A stretch of DNA of 50,604 bases from Candidatus Methanophagales archaeon (GTDB lineage: Archaea > Halobacteriota > Syntropharchaeia > Alkanophagales > Methanospirareceae), in the NCBI GenBank assembly GCA_013139985.1, contig WSZT01000036.1, forward strand, positions 1 to 50,604, read 5' to 3'. Under the pieces are notes generated by a model, which ran no database searches, had not been told where the DNA came from, and was given only the letters and a program-made list of their open reading frames with translations. Positions 17,850 through 26,204 of the stretch are shown here, piece after piece (the stretch's first letter is position 1; every line of letters begins with the position of its first letter). The translations under genes and the position numbers were made by a program.

Positions 17850-18254
17850 ATGGTAAAAATCACAGAAGAAGTGAAAGAGCTAGTAGGTAAATCAAAGGGT
17901 TTTGCTGTCGCTACCGCTACCAAAGAAGGAGAGCCAAATGTGGTGCCGCTTGCATTTGGGAAAGTTCTATCAGAGACGGAAGTGCTGCTGATGGATGTCT
18001 TTATGAAAAAGACGGAAGAGAATATAAAGACAAATCCCAGGGTGGCTATTTCTGTCTGGGATATGGAGACTTATACAGGCTATCAGTTTAAAGGTAGTGC
18101 TCGGATAGAAACGTCGGGAAGCGTCTTTGACGATGGCGTTAATATGGTGAAAGCAATGATGCCCTCGCTTAACCCAAAAGCTGCGGTTGTCGTTACGGTG
18201 GACTCCATCTATGTGACTTCTCCGGGACCCGATTTGGGTAAAAAGGTAGAATAG
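17850..18254 (+). CDS. Pyridoxamine 5'-phosphate oxidase-like flavin (FMN/F420)-binding protein
   Basis: VATATKEGEPNVVP, KT..NI..NP.VAI, GYQFKG and TSPGPD.GK motifs. Confidence 0.85.
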   Translation: MVKITEEVKELVGKSKGFAVATATKEGEPNVVPLAFGKVLSETEVLLMDVFMKKTEENIKTNPRVAISVWDMETYTGYQFKGSARIETSGSVFDDGVNMVKAMMPSLNPKAAVVVTVDSIYVTSPGPDLGKKVE

Positions 18255-18312
18255 AAGAAATTGTAGTGAAACAGTTATTAATATTAATAGAATACAAAAA
18301 ATCGGTGACAAA

Positions 18313-19797
18313 ATGCAAAGAAAGGTAGAAGAAAAGAAGACATTTATGCTTTTAGTGGTGGCGGGTATAGTGCTATTAACCGTAACGATAGGAACAGTGG
18401 CAGGGGCTGGATCTTCGAGTGGGGGCAGCGAGTGTCCTACTTGCAATTTTGAGCCTACTTATGACTTCTTGATGGGTGACGATGGAACCACCTGCTCTTC
18501 CTGTGGTGGTCAACGCCTGTCTGATTCTTTGAATCTTTTTTCTGATGATATTCCTATTCATCCTACAAATTGTGACTATGAGAATCCAGGCCTCATTGTT
18601 TATATGGACGATCTTAGAAATAACAGTGATCCAAATGTTGTGATCGCGGATGTTCGCACTCCTGAGCAATATGCGGAGGGGCACATTCCGGGTGCAATAA
18701 ATTTGGATTGGGCTAATTTCAGAAAGGGAAAAGGCGTTTTTATCGGAGTTGAAAATGCAACGAGGATTTTAGGTGAGCAGGGAATAAATGAGGAGAATGA
18801 AATAATCGTGTATTGCAGTAGTGCTATGGGTACGCAATGCCCGGCATCTTATTATGTCTTCTGGATGCTCGAATACCTCGGGCATGAGCACGTTTCGGTC
18901 CTGGATGGTGGGTTCAATGCATGGAGCCCTGCGTATGGATACACGCAGAACGAGACGACACGAGCTCCTACTACGTATACAGCCACTGTGGTGGACGAGA
19001 GGTTTGCCGATACAGAGTGGGTTCAAAATAATCTTAATAACTCGGCGGTTCAGATAGTGGATGCAAGAACGACAGAAGACTACAAGGCGGGTCATATCGA
19101 AGGTGCAATAAACATAAACTACGAAAATCTGTTTAGAGATGGGGACCGGTTGAGAGGAGCGGATGGACTGAGGTTGTTTTTATCGCCTGTCGTGATCCCC
19201 GGATTGGATAAAAAGAAGGATACAGTTGTGTATTGCCAATCAGGAGCGAGCGCGTCATTCTTGTATCTCGCATTGCGAATGATGGGTTATCAAGTGCGGA
19301 ATTATGACGGGTCATGGAACGTATGGTGTGAAACACATCCTGAGCTAACGATACCGATTTCAAATGTGAGTGTAAATCCGAGTTCTGTATATAAAGGTGG
19401 TACAGTAAGCATATATGCAGATGTAAAAATCAATTCTACTGAAATGAAGGAAGAGGCAACGGGCACCTCGCTTAATCCAAGTGGACGTAATCTACCATAT
19501 ATTCCCGGTGCAGGTTGCGCTTATTGTAGTGGCGCATCTGCTGTCCCGACATCCTCTACATCCACCGGTACTTCTTTTGTCCGTGGATACATATATGATG
19601 GCAATGGAACCAATGTTAAGATTGTCATTATGCAGACTGATGATAGCGGTGATAGGCGATATCTGGGTGAATGGGAGACAGACTCCGCAGAAGAGGGAAT
19701 TTACCACGTGGATATTGTAGCATCGGATGGAGTATTAAGGGCAAAGGAAAAGGATGCGGCAACGTTTGAAGTGGTGTCAGATACTGCGGGTCCCTAA
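18313..19797 (+). CDS. Exported/membrane-anchored tandem-domain rhodanese (sulfurtransferase) with C-terminal beta-sandwich
   Basis: N-terminal basic+hydrophobic signal; GHIPGA and GHIEGA; YCSSAMG and YCQSGASA loops; YDGSWNVW. Confidence 0.85.
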   Translation: MQRKVEEKKTFMLLVVAGIVLLTVTIGTVAGAGSSSGGSECPTCNFEPTYDFLMGDDGTTCSSCGGQRLSDSLNLFSDDIPIHPTNCDYENPGLIVYMDDLRNNSDPNVVIADVRTPEQYAEGHIPGAINLDWANFRKGKGVFIGVENATRILGEQGINEENEIIVYCSSAMGTQCPASYYVFWMLEYLGHEHVSVLDGGFNAWSPAYGYTQNETTRAPTTYTATVVDERFADTEWVQNNLNNSAVQIVDARTTEDYKAGHIEGAININYENLFRDGDRLRGADGLRLFLSPVVIPGLDKKKDTVVYCQSGASASFLYLALRMMGYQVRNYDGSWNVWCETHPELTIPISNVSVNPSSVYKGGTVSIYADVKINSTEMKEEATGTSLNPSGRNLPYIPGAGCAYCSGASAVPTSSTSTGTSFVRGYIYDGNGTNVKIVIMQTDDSGDRRYLGEWETDSAEEGIYHVDIVASDGVLRAKEKDAATFEVVSDTAGP

Positions 19798-19810
19798 TAT
19801 TAGAAAGAAA

Positions 19811-20812
19811 ATGCGATTAATAGTTCCACATCCGGGGCATTTTGAAGCGTTGAAGGAGATAATAGCGGTCAAAGAGGCGGAGGGCTTGAAGGAAGTAGAC
19901 GAGGTTTTTATGGGCGGATCTCCGGATGTGATGGGTAGTGGACGAGGAGTGCTACATGCACCGCTTATTGAAGAGATAAAGGAACAGACCGAATATGCGC
20001 ATCAACATGGCATAAAGATGAATGTGGTGATGAACTCAACATGTACAGGCGGGCATCACCTGACGTTCGAGGGCTATAAGATGTTTGAGTGGTACTTTGG
20101 GGAACTGAACAAAGCGGGTGTTGATGCAGTTACGATGGCAGAGCCATACTTGGTGGAGTTACTTCGTGAATTCCCAATGAAGATAGTTGTATCAGTTTTA
20201 TCGTATGTTGATGCGCCACAGCGAGCGAAATTCTTTGAAGACCTCGGCGCTGATGTGATAACCGTGGACACGAACATAAACCGGCACTTTGATCTGTTAG
20301 AGGGGATAGTAAAGGCGGTGAACTGTGACGTACGGATAATAGTGAATGAAGGCTGCCTATATAAATGCCCGTTTAGATACTCGCATTACAATCTCGCCTC
20401 GCATCTTAGTAGTTTAAACCAGCCTCAGTCTCCGCTATTTGCGCCCGACTATTATTTTGACAAGTGCATAGCCATCCGTCTGAGGAATCCGACACAGATG
20501 ATAAAGTCCGGATGGATAAGACCAGAGGACGTAAAGGAATACGAAGCAATAGGTATTGCGGACATCAAGCTTTCCGGTAGGACAAAGGCAGTGAATTGGA
20601 TAATAAATTGTATGCGGGTATATTCCAAGAGGTCGTACAAGGGTAACCTGCTTGAACTTCTTGATTGTCCTCAGATGCTCAGGTACATGTTTTACATAGA
20701 CAATGAGAAGCTTGCGGGTGGTATAGAGCACTGGAAGAGCTGCAAGAAGATATGTAATGAATGTGGCTATTGTGATACACTAACAAAGGACGCAGTAACC
20801 ATTTTAAAATGA
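19811..20812 (+). CDS. U32-family Fe-S protein (putative O2-independent hydroxylase), paralog 2
   Basis: Colinear with paralog 1 (MRLIVPHPGHF.ALKEII; NEGCLYKCPF; CKKICNECGYC). Start set to 19811 by alignment. Confidence 0.85.
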   Translation: MRLIVPHPGHFEALKEIIAVKEAEGLKEVDEVFMGGSPDVMGSGRGVLHAPLIEEIKEQTEYAHQHGIKMNVVMNSTCTGGHHLTFEGYKMFEWYFGELNKAGVDAVTMAEPYLVELLREFPMKIVVSVLSYVDAPQRAKFFEDLGADVITVDTNINRHFDLLEGIVKAVNCDVRIIVNEGCLYKCPFRYSHYNLASHLSSLNQPQSPLFAPDYYFDKCIAIRLRNPTQMIKSGWIRPEDVKEYEAIGIADIKLSGRTKAVNWIINCMRVYSKRSYKGNLLELLDCPQMLRYMFYIDNEKLAGGIEHWKSCKKICNECGYCDTLTKDAVTILK

Positions 20813-20869
20813 GAATCGAAGAAAACAATTATGCTTTCTTGAATCTGACATATATATGTCCACGAGGCA

Positions 20870-21433
20870 TTGAGTATTAACTATGCTATGACTTTATTGG
20901 AGAATGAAGCCAAACTGGTGAAGAGGTTGTGTGCGCGAATTTTAGAGGCAGAAGAAGAAAAGCGAAAGATACTGGATCTTGGGTGTGGCAGTGGAAAACT
21001 CGCAGTATATTTGAGTGAAGAGACGGGATATGATGTTACCGGGGTAGATCCCAGCCGCGAGCGAATAGAAAAAGCACGAGAGAAATCGTCTTCTGTCACC
21101 TTTGAGGTTCAGCCTGCGGATGAGACGGCTTTTGCGGATAGCACATTTGATGTAGTCGTATCGCTAAAGTCATGGCATGAAATGGTCAATCCAAAAGCGG
21201 CATTACGAGAATCCATGCGGCTACTTACAGAAGGCGGGAAGATATATATTATCGACTGGGTAGGCGGTGTCGGGCATACGAAGAAGTATTTCACAATGGA
21301 GACTAGAGCACATGCGAAGAAGTATTTCACGATGGAACGTCTAAGGGAAATGCTTTCAGAAGCAGGATTTACCTATATAAGAATTGAACTTAATATTGAG
21401 GGTGAATTGATGTTGGCGGAAGGACAGAAGTAA
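20870..21433 (+). CDS. Class I SAM-dependent methyltransferase (UbiE-like)
   Basis: ILDLGCGSG, GVDPS, FDVV and L..GG.IYIIDW motifs; start uncertain. Confidence 0.85.
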   Translation: MSINYAMTLLENEAKLVKRLCARILEAEEEKRKILDLGCGSGKLAVYLSEETGYDVTGVDPSRERIEKAREKSSSVTFEVQPADETAFADSTFDVVVSLKSWHEMVNPKAALRESMRLLTEGGKIYIIDWVGGVGHTKKYFTMETRAHAKKYFTMERLREMLSEAGFTYIRIELNIEGELMLAEGQK

Positions 21434-21943
21434 ATGCAAAATGCAAAATATCCATCTTATCGCGCGGCCAAAAATAGCGAGTCACAGGGTTTTCCTTTTG
21501 GCTCTTCGCTGCTTCGCCACATCCGCCCCTCATCTTGCTCGCCTTTTTATATTTTGTAATCTAAGTGCACAATGGAAGAGGTATTAGAGATGTATTTCGG
21601 GAGACCCAAACACGAGCAAAAAGTATCTTTTTGGATATATTTAGTGCAAGCATTATTTGTGCAGTTGAATAAAGCCCCATATAAAACTTTCGGAATTCAG
21701 CACCAAATTAACAAATTCGATGCCACGGGATATTAATCAATTACAAACTCCGCTATATGTGCCTCTATTAACTGATACGGGCTGCAGAATGCATGCACGT
21801 CCATTATTTGGGGCCATTACAATTAGATGTGAGTGTATACCACCCACACTTTTTATTAAATTGTCATAACAGGTATGAACAATCGTTAAGTCTGTACGAC
21901 TCCATTCCGGTGGGCATCTCAATTTTGGAAGCGCGAAAAATAT

Positions 21944-21977
21944 CGAAAAGCTTTTATGTATAGGTACAGTATGTACC
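21944..21977 (+). promoter_or_regulatory. Putative mcr promoter (BRE-TATA) with adjacent palindrome
   Basis: CGAAAAG-C-TTTTATGTA followed by GGTACA-gta-TGTACC; AAGGAGG SD before mcrB. Confidence 0.6.
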
Positions 21978-22033
21978 CATGTGTACTCTATGATGTGTAG
22001 AGTAAACGAAATAAGTAAGGAGGAAAAAAAAAT

Positions 22034-23329
22034 ATGGCAGACGAGATAGATTTATATGATGACAGAGGTAGCGTATTAGCGAAGGGCGTACCACTAGATG
22101 CGATCAGTCCGTTGAAGAATGCTGCGATAAAGAAGATTATCAGCATGACCATTCGGACAGGTGCGGTTGACATGGCGGGCCTGGACAAGAAGTTGAAGAC
22201 AGGGGCAATAGCCGGAAGAGGTATGGTAATCCGGGGCGTAGGAAGAGACATCCCTGTACTAGACAAGGTGAACGAGATAGCGAAATCCGTAGAGGACATG
22301 CTGCGTGTTGAACCAGGCGATGACACGAAAGTCGAGTTAATCGCAGGTGGAAAGCGGATGTTGACGCAGGTGCCAACGGCAAGGATCCTATCCGATTACT
22401 CCGTAGGTCTAACAGCGGCAATGGGTGCGCTGACGCACGCGATAATAGACGTATGCGACGTGAGTATGTGGGATGCACCGTATGTGCATGCAGCAGTATG
22501 GGGAATGTACCCCCAGAATCCAGACCCGGCAGATGGAGCAGTAAAGATGCTCGTGGATATACCGATGAAGAATGAGGGTCCGGGATTTACGCTGAGGAAC
22601 ATACCTGTGAACCACTTAGCGGCGACAGTGCGGAAGAGAGCGATTCAGGGTTCTGCATTAACCATGATCCTGGAAGAGGCAGCGCAGTTTGAGATGGGTA
22701 ACTGCATGGGACCCCATGAGCGTGGGCATCTTCTGGACCTGGCGTATGAGGGACTGAATGCGAACAACCTATTGTACAACCTGATAAAGGATAACGGAAA
22801 GGGTACACTGGCCGATGTTGTGTATGGCCTGGTGGAGAAAGCAAAAGAAGACGGCGTGATAAAACCTAAGAAGAAGCTGGGATCCGGGTACATGGTTTAT
22901 GAGGCACCAGATCCACAGTTGTGGAATGCATATGCATCTGCGGGACTGCTTGCAGCGGTATGCGTGAATTGCGGTGCGATGCGTGCAGGTCAATCAGTAC
23001 CAGGATGTATCATGTATTTCAACGTGCTGCTGGAGCATGAGACCGGTATGCCTGGAGTGGATCATGGAATGGCACAAGGTGCTTCTGTATCGAGTTCGTT
23101 CTTTTCGCACTCGATCTATGGAGGCGGAGGACCAGGAGTGTTCTACGGGAACCACATCGTTACGAGGCATCCGAAAGGTCAGTTCATACCATGCTTCTGC
23201 GCTTCGATGTGCTTAGATGCGGACACGATGTACTTCTCACCAGCGAGGACATCTGCGCTGTATGGAGAGGTACTGGGAGCGATACCGGAGTTTGCGGAGC
23301 CGATGAAAGCGGTTGCAGGAGCCGTATAA
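22034..23329 (+). CDS. mcrB: Methyl-coenzyme M reductase beta subunit
   Basis: D.IDLYDDRG, AISPL.N, NEGPGF.LRNI..NH and SFFSHSIYGGGGPGVF.GNHIVTRH motifs. Confidence 0.98.
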   Translation: MADEIDLYDDRGSVLAKGVPLDAISPLKNAAIKKIISMTIRTGAVDMAGLDKKLKTGAIAGRGMVIRGVGRDIPVLDKVNEIAKSVEDMLRVEPGDDTKVELIAGGKRMLTQVPTARILSDYSVGLTAAMGALTHAIIDVCDVSMWDAPYVHAAVWGMYPQNPDPADGAVKMLVDIPMKNEGPGFTLRNIPVNHLAATVRKRAIQGSALTMILEEAAQFEMGNCMGPHERGHLLDLAYEGLNANNLLYNLIKDNGKGTLADVVYGLVEKAKEDGVIKPKKKLGSGYMVYEAPDPQLWNAYASAGLLAAVCVNCGAMRAGQSVPGCIMYFNVLLEHETGMPGVDHGMAQGASVSSSFFSHSIYGGGGPGVFYGNHIVTRHPKGQFIPCFCASMCLDADTMYFSPARTSALYGEVLGAIPEFAEPMKAVAGAV

Positions 23330-23349
23330 ATAAGGAGGAAAGAAAAAAA

Positions 23350-24192
23350 ATGCCACAATATTGTCAAGGAAAAACACATATAGCTGATACACGAAGAAGA
23401 TACATGAACCCAAACGTCAAGTTAGAGAAGCTGAGAGACATAGCGGAAGAGGACATTGTGAGATTACTTGCACACCGTGCTCCAGGAGAAGAGTACAAGA
23501 GTATTCATCCACCTCTGGAAGAGATGGAAGAGCCGGATTGCGCAGTTCGTCAGATGGTAGAGCCTACAGATGGTGCAAAAGCAGGTGACCGAATAAGATA
23601 CGTGCAGTACACCGATTCGATGTTCTTCTCACCGATAACGCCTTATCTACGTGCACAGTCTGCGTTTAACAGGTATAGAGGTATAGACCCAGGAGTGCTA
23701 TCAGGGAGAACGATCATAGAAGCGAGAGAGAGAGACGTAGAGAAGATAGCCAAGGAAACACTCGATAGTGAGCTCTACGATACTGCAAGGACCGGACTGA
23801 GAGGAAGGACAGTGCACGGGCATGCGGTTCGACTGGATGCGAACGGTATGATGTTCGATGCTCTGCGGAGATGGTCAGTAGATGAGCGCACAAAAGAGGT
23901 TACTTACGTGAAGGACATGATCGGCGGTGCGATGGACAAAGAGGTAGTAATGGGCAAGCCACTGTCAGAAGCAGACTTACTGAAGAGGACGTGCATGTAC
24001 AGGAACGCGCAAGGCGGAGTCTGGCAAGAGGAAGATGATCCGGAGTCAATGGATGTATGTGCAGAGATACACTGGAAGAGAACGGTAGGTGGATTCCAGC
24101 CCTGGAAGAATATATCAGACGTAAAAGGTGGAAAGAAGGACATAGGCGTGAAGAACCTGAAGTTGTTCGTACCAAGAGGAGGAGTATTATAA
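23350..24192 (+). CDS. mcrG: Methyl-coenzyme M reductase gamma subunit
   Basis: True start MPQY at 23350 behind AAGGAGG; HRAPGEEY.SIHPPLEEM, GAKAGDRIRY.Q, LSGR and TVHGH..RLD..GMMFD motifs. Confidence 0.97.
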   Translation: MPQYCQGKTHIADTRRRYMNPNVKLEKLRDIAEEDIVRLLAHRAPGEEYKSIHPPLEEMEEPDCAVRQMVEPTDGAKAGDRIRYVQYTDSMFFSPITPYLRAQSAFNRYRGIDPGVLSGRTIIEARERDVEKIAKETLDSELYDTARTGLRGRTVHGHAVRLDANGMMFDALRRWSVDERTKEVTYVKDMIGGAMDKEVVMGKPLSEADLLKRTCMYRNAQGGVWQEEDDPESMDVCAEIHWKRTVGGFQPWKNISDVKGGKKDIGVKNLKLFVPRGGVL

Positions 24193-24193
24193 A

Positions 24194-25933
24194 ATGCCAT
24201 ATAATGATATACAGCATAGTTTCATGAAGGCGATGTCAGATAAGTTCGATGAGAAGCCAGAGAGTACCGAGACAAAGTTCTACGTGTATGGTGGTATAGC
24301 GCAGAAAGGAGGGATGAGGAAGCGAGAGTTCATAGCTGAAGCGAAGAAGATCGTAGATAGCCGGGTATCTGGTACGCCAGCGTACAATCCTGATGTAGGG
24401 ATGCCGCAAGGGCAGAGATTCTTGATGCCTTACATGATGAACCACACGGACATCATGGTGAACGCGGACGATCTGCACTGGATAAACAATGCAGCAATGC
24501 AGCAGTGCTGGGACGACATGAAGAGAGGTATCGTCTTAGGACTAGACGATGCGCACGGCCTGTTAGAGGCGAGATTGGGTAAGGAAGTTACGCCTGATAC
24601 AATAAGCCACTACATGGAAGTTCTGAACCACGCATTACCTGGTGGTGCGGTCATTCAGGAGCACATGGTGGAGACGAAGCCAATGCTCGTAAATGACAGT
24701 TACGCGAAGATATTCACCGGTGATGACGACCTTGCAGATGCTGTAGACAGGAGGTTCCTGTTAGACATCAACAAGGAGTTCGCAGCAGGCTGGGAGAAAC
24801 CAGGCGAGCAGGCAGACCAGTTGAAAGATGCAATTGGGAAGAAGATCTGGCAGGTCCTGTGGATGCCCACAGTCGTAGGGAGGATGACCGATGGTGGAAC
24901 GATGTTCAGATGGGTAGGTATGCAGGTCGGAATGACAATGATAAGTGCATACAAGTTGTGCGCAGGGGAATCAGTTACGGGTGAATTCGCATACTATGCG
25001 AAGCATGCCGCAGTGGTTCAGTTGTCAAACTACATGCCGGTAAAGAGAGCAAGGGCACATAACGAGCCTGGTGGAATGCCATTAGGTATAAATGCAGACA
25101 GTGTGAGATCACCTGCATTGTTCCCGAACGACCCGATAAGGGATGAATTAGAGAGCATCGCAGTTGCAGCTATGGTTTACGACCAGTTGTGGTTCGGAAC
25201 GTACATGTCTGGAGGTGTAGGATTCACGCAGTATGCGAGTGCAACATACACGGACAACATCCTGGAGGACTTCTGCTACAAGGGCTGTGAGATAGGACTG
25301 GATTACGCAGGTGGCGAAATGGCTTCGGTAAAGGGCGACAAGCTCAACATGGACATCCTGGAACAGATAATAAGAGCAGAGAACGATTATGCACTGACGC
25401 AATACGAAGCATACCCGACAGTTGCGGAGTCGCACTTCGGTGGATCGGTTAGGGCATGCTGTGCAGCAGCGGGATGTGGTAGTGCAGTTGCATGTGCAAC
25501 AGGACTTGCACAGCCAACGCTGAGTGCGTGGTCATTGTCTATGCTGGGACACTACGAGCGTAAAGGAAGACTAGGATTCTTCGGATACGATCTGCAAGAC
25601 CAGTGTACAGCATGTGGTTCGTATTCATACCAGAGCGATGAGGGAATGCCATTCGAGATGAGAGGCGTGAACTATCCGAACTACGCGATGAATGTGGGCC
25701 ATCAGAGTGCGTACGCCGGTCTGGTAGCGGGAGCACACTGTGCGAACAAGGACGCATGGGTACTGTCACCATTGTGGAAGGTGGCGTTCTCAGATCGTGA
25801 CCTACCGTTCGACCGTGGATACGTAACCAAGGAGTACGGACTGGGAGCAAACAGGGAATACACCAAGGTTGCAGGAGAGAGAGACCTGATAATCGCGGGA
25901 CATTACGGCAGAGAACCTGGTGCAAGGTTGTAA
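24194..25933 (+). CDS. mcrA: Methyl-coenzyme M reductase alpha subunit, ANME-1 type
   Basis: DDLHWINN, AVIQEHMVE, YDQLWFGTYMSGGVGFTQYA, HFGGSVRACC, RLGFFGYDLQDQC and NYPNYAMNVGHQ motifs. Confidence 0.99.
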   Translation: MPYNDIQHSFMKAMSDKFDEKPESTETKFYVYGGIAQKGGMRKREFIAEAKKIVDSRVSGTPAYNPDVGMPQGQRFLMPYMMNHTDIMVNADDLHWINNAAMQQCWDDMKRGIVLGLDDAHGLLEARLGKEVTPDTISHYMEVLNHALPGGAVIQEHMVETKPMLVNDSYAKIFTGDDDLADAVDRRFLLDINKEFAAGWEKPGEQADQLKDAIGKKIWQVLWMPTVVGRMTDGGTMFRWVGMQVGMTMISAYKLCAGESVTGEFAYYAKHAAVVQLSNYMPVKRARAHNEPGGMPLGINADSVRSPALFPNDPIRDELESIAVAAMVYDQLWFGTYMSGGVGFTQYASATYTDNILEDFCYKGCEIGLDYAGGEMASVKGDKLNMDILEQIIRAENDYALTQYEAYPTVAESHFGGSVRACCAAAGCGSAVACATGLAQPTLSAWSLSMLGHYERKGRLGFFGYDLQDQCTACGSYSYQSDEGMPFEMRGVNYPNYAMNVGHQSAYAGLVAGAHCANKDAWVLSPLWKVAFSDRDLPFDRGYVTKEYGLGANREYTKVAGERDLIIAGHYGREPGARL

Positions 25934-25966
25934 ATAACGCGAACGAACAAGAAAGGAAGTTTATTT

Positions 25967-26010
25967 AAGGAGGAAGGATATTTTTCCTCCTTCTTTATTT
26001 ATTTTTTCTA
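25967..26010 (+). terminator. Putative mcr operon terminator
   Basis: AAGGAGGAA (25967-75) / TTCCTCCTT (25984-92) stem followed by a T-rich tract. Confidence 0.7.
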
Positions 26011-26045
26011 CCGTATTTGATTTAACTCTAAGAGCAGTTTACCAA

Positions 26046-26065
26046 ACCACAGGATTACAGGGATT
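26046..26065 (+). repeat. Dispersed intergenic repeat ACCACRRGATTACAGRGATT, copy 2
   Basis: ACCACAGGATTACAGGGATT. Confidence 0.75.
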
Positions 26066-26204
26066 TCCAAAATAAATATAAATTATTGACACAGATGAAA
26101 AGATATAGAGACGAGGAAAAAATACTATTATTTATTATCTATGTAATTTGTCTATTTATTGCGTAGCAATCGGAAGTTTTGAGAGTAAAAAGGGGTAAGA
26201 AAAG

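Noticed and set aside
18313-19797. Multiheme cytochrome
   Set aside because: The CxxC motifs are not followed by His.
19754-19810. N-terminal extension of U32 paralog 2
   Set aside because: Overlaps the rhodanese gene; paralog 1 aligns from ATG 19811.
23191-23349. 53-aa N-terminal extension of McrG in the ORF track
   Set aside because: Overlaps mcrB; the SD and homology support a start at 23350.
22034-25933. Divergent alkyl-CoM reductase for multi-carbon alkanes
   Set aside because: Active-site segments (GGVGFTQYA, RLGFFGYDLQDQ) are canonical and the sequence matches ANME-1 methane-type MCR.
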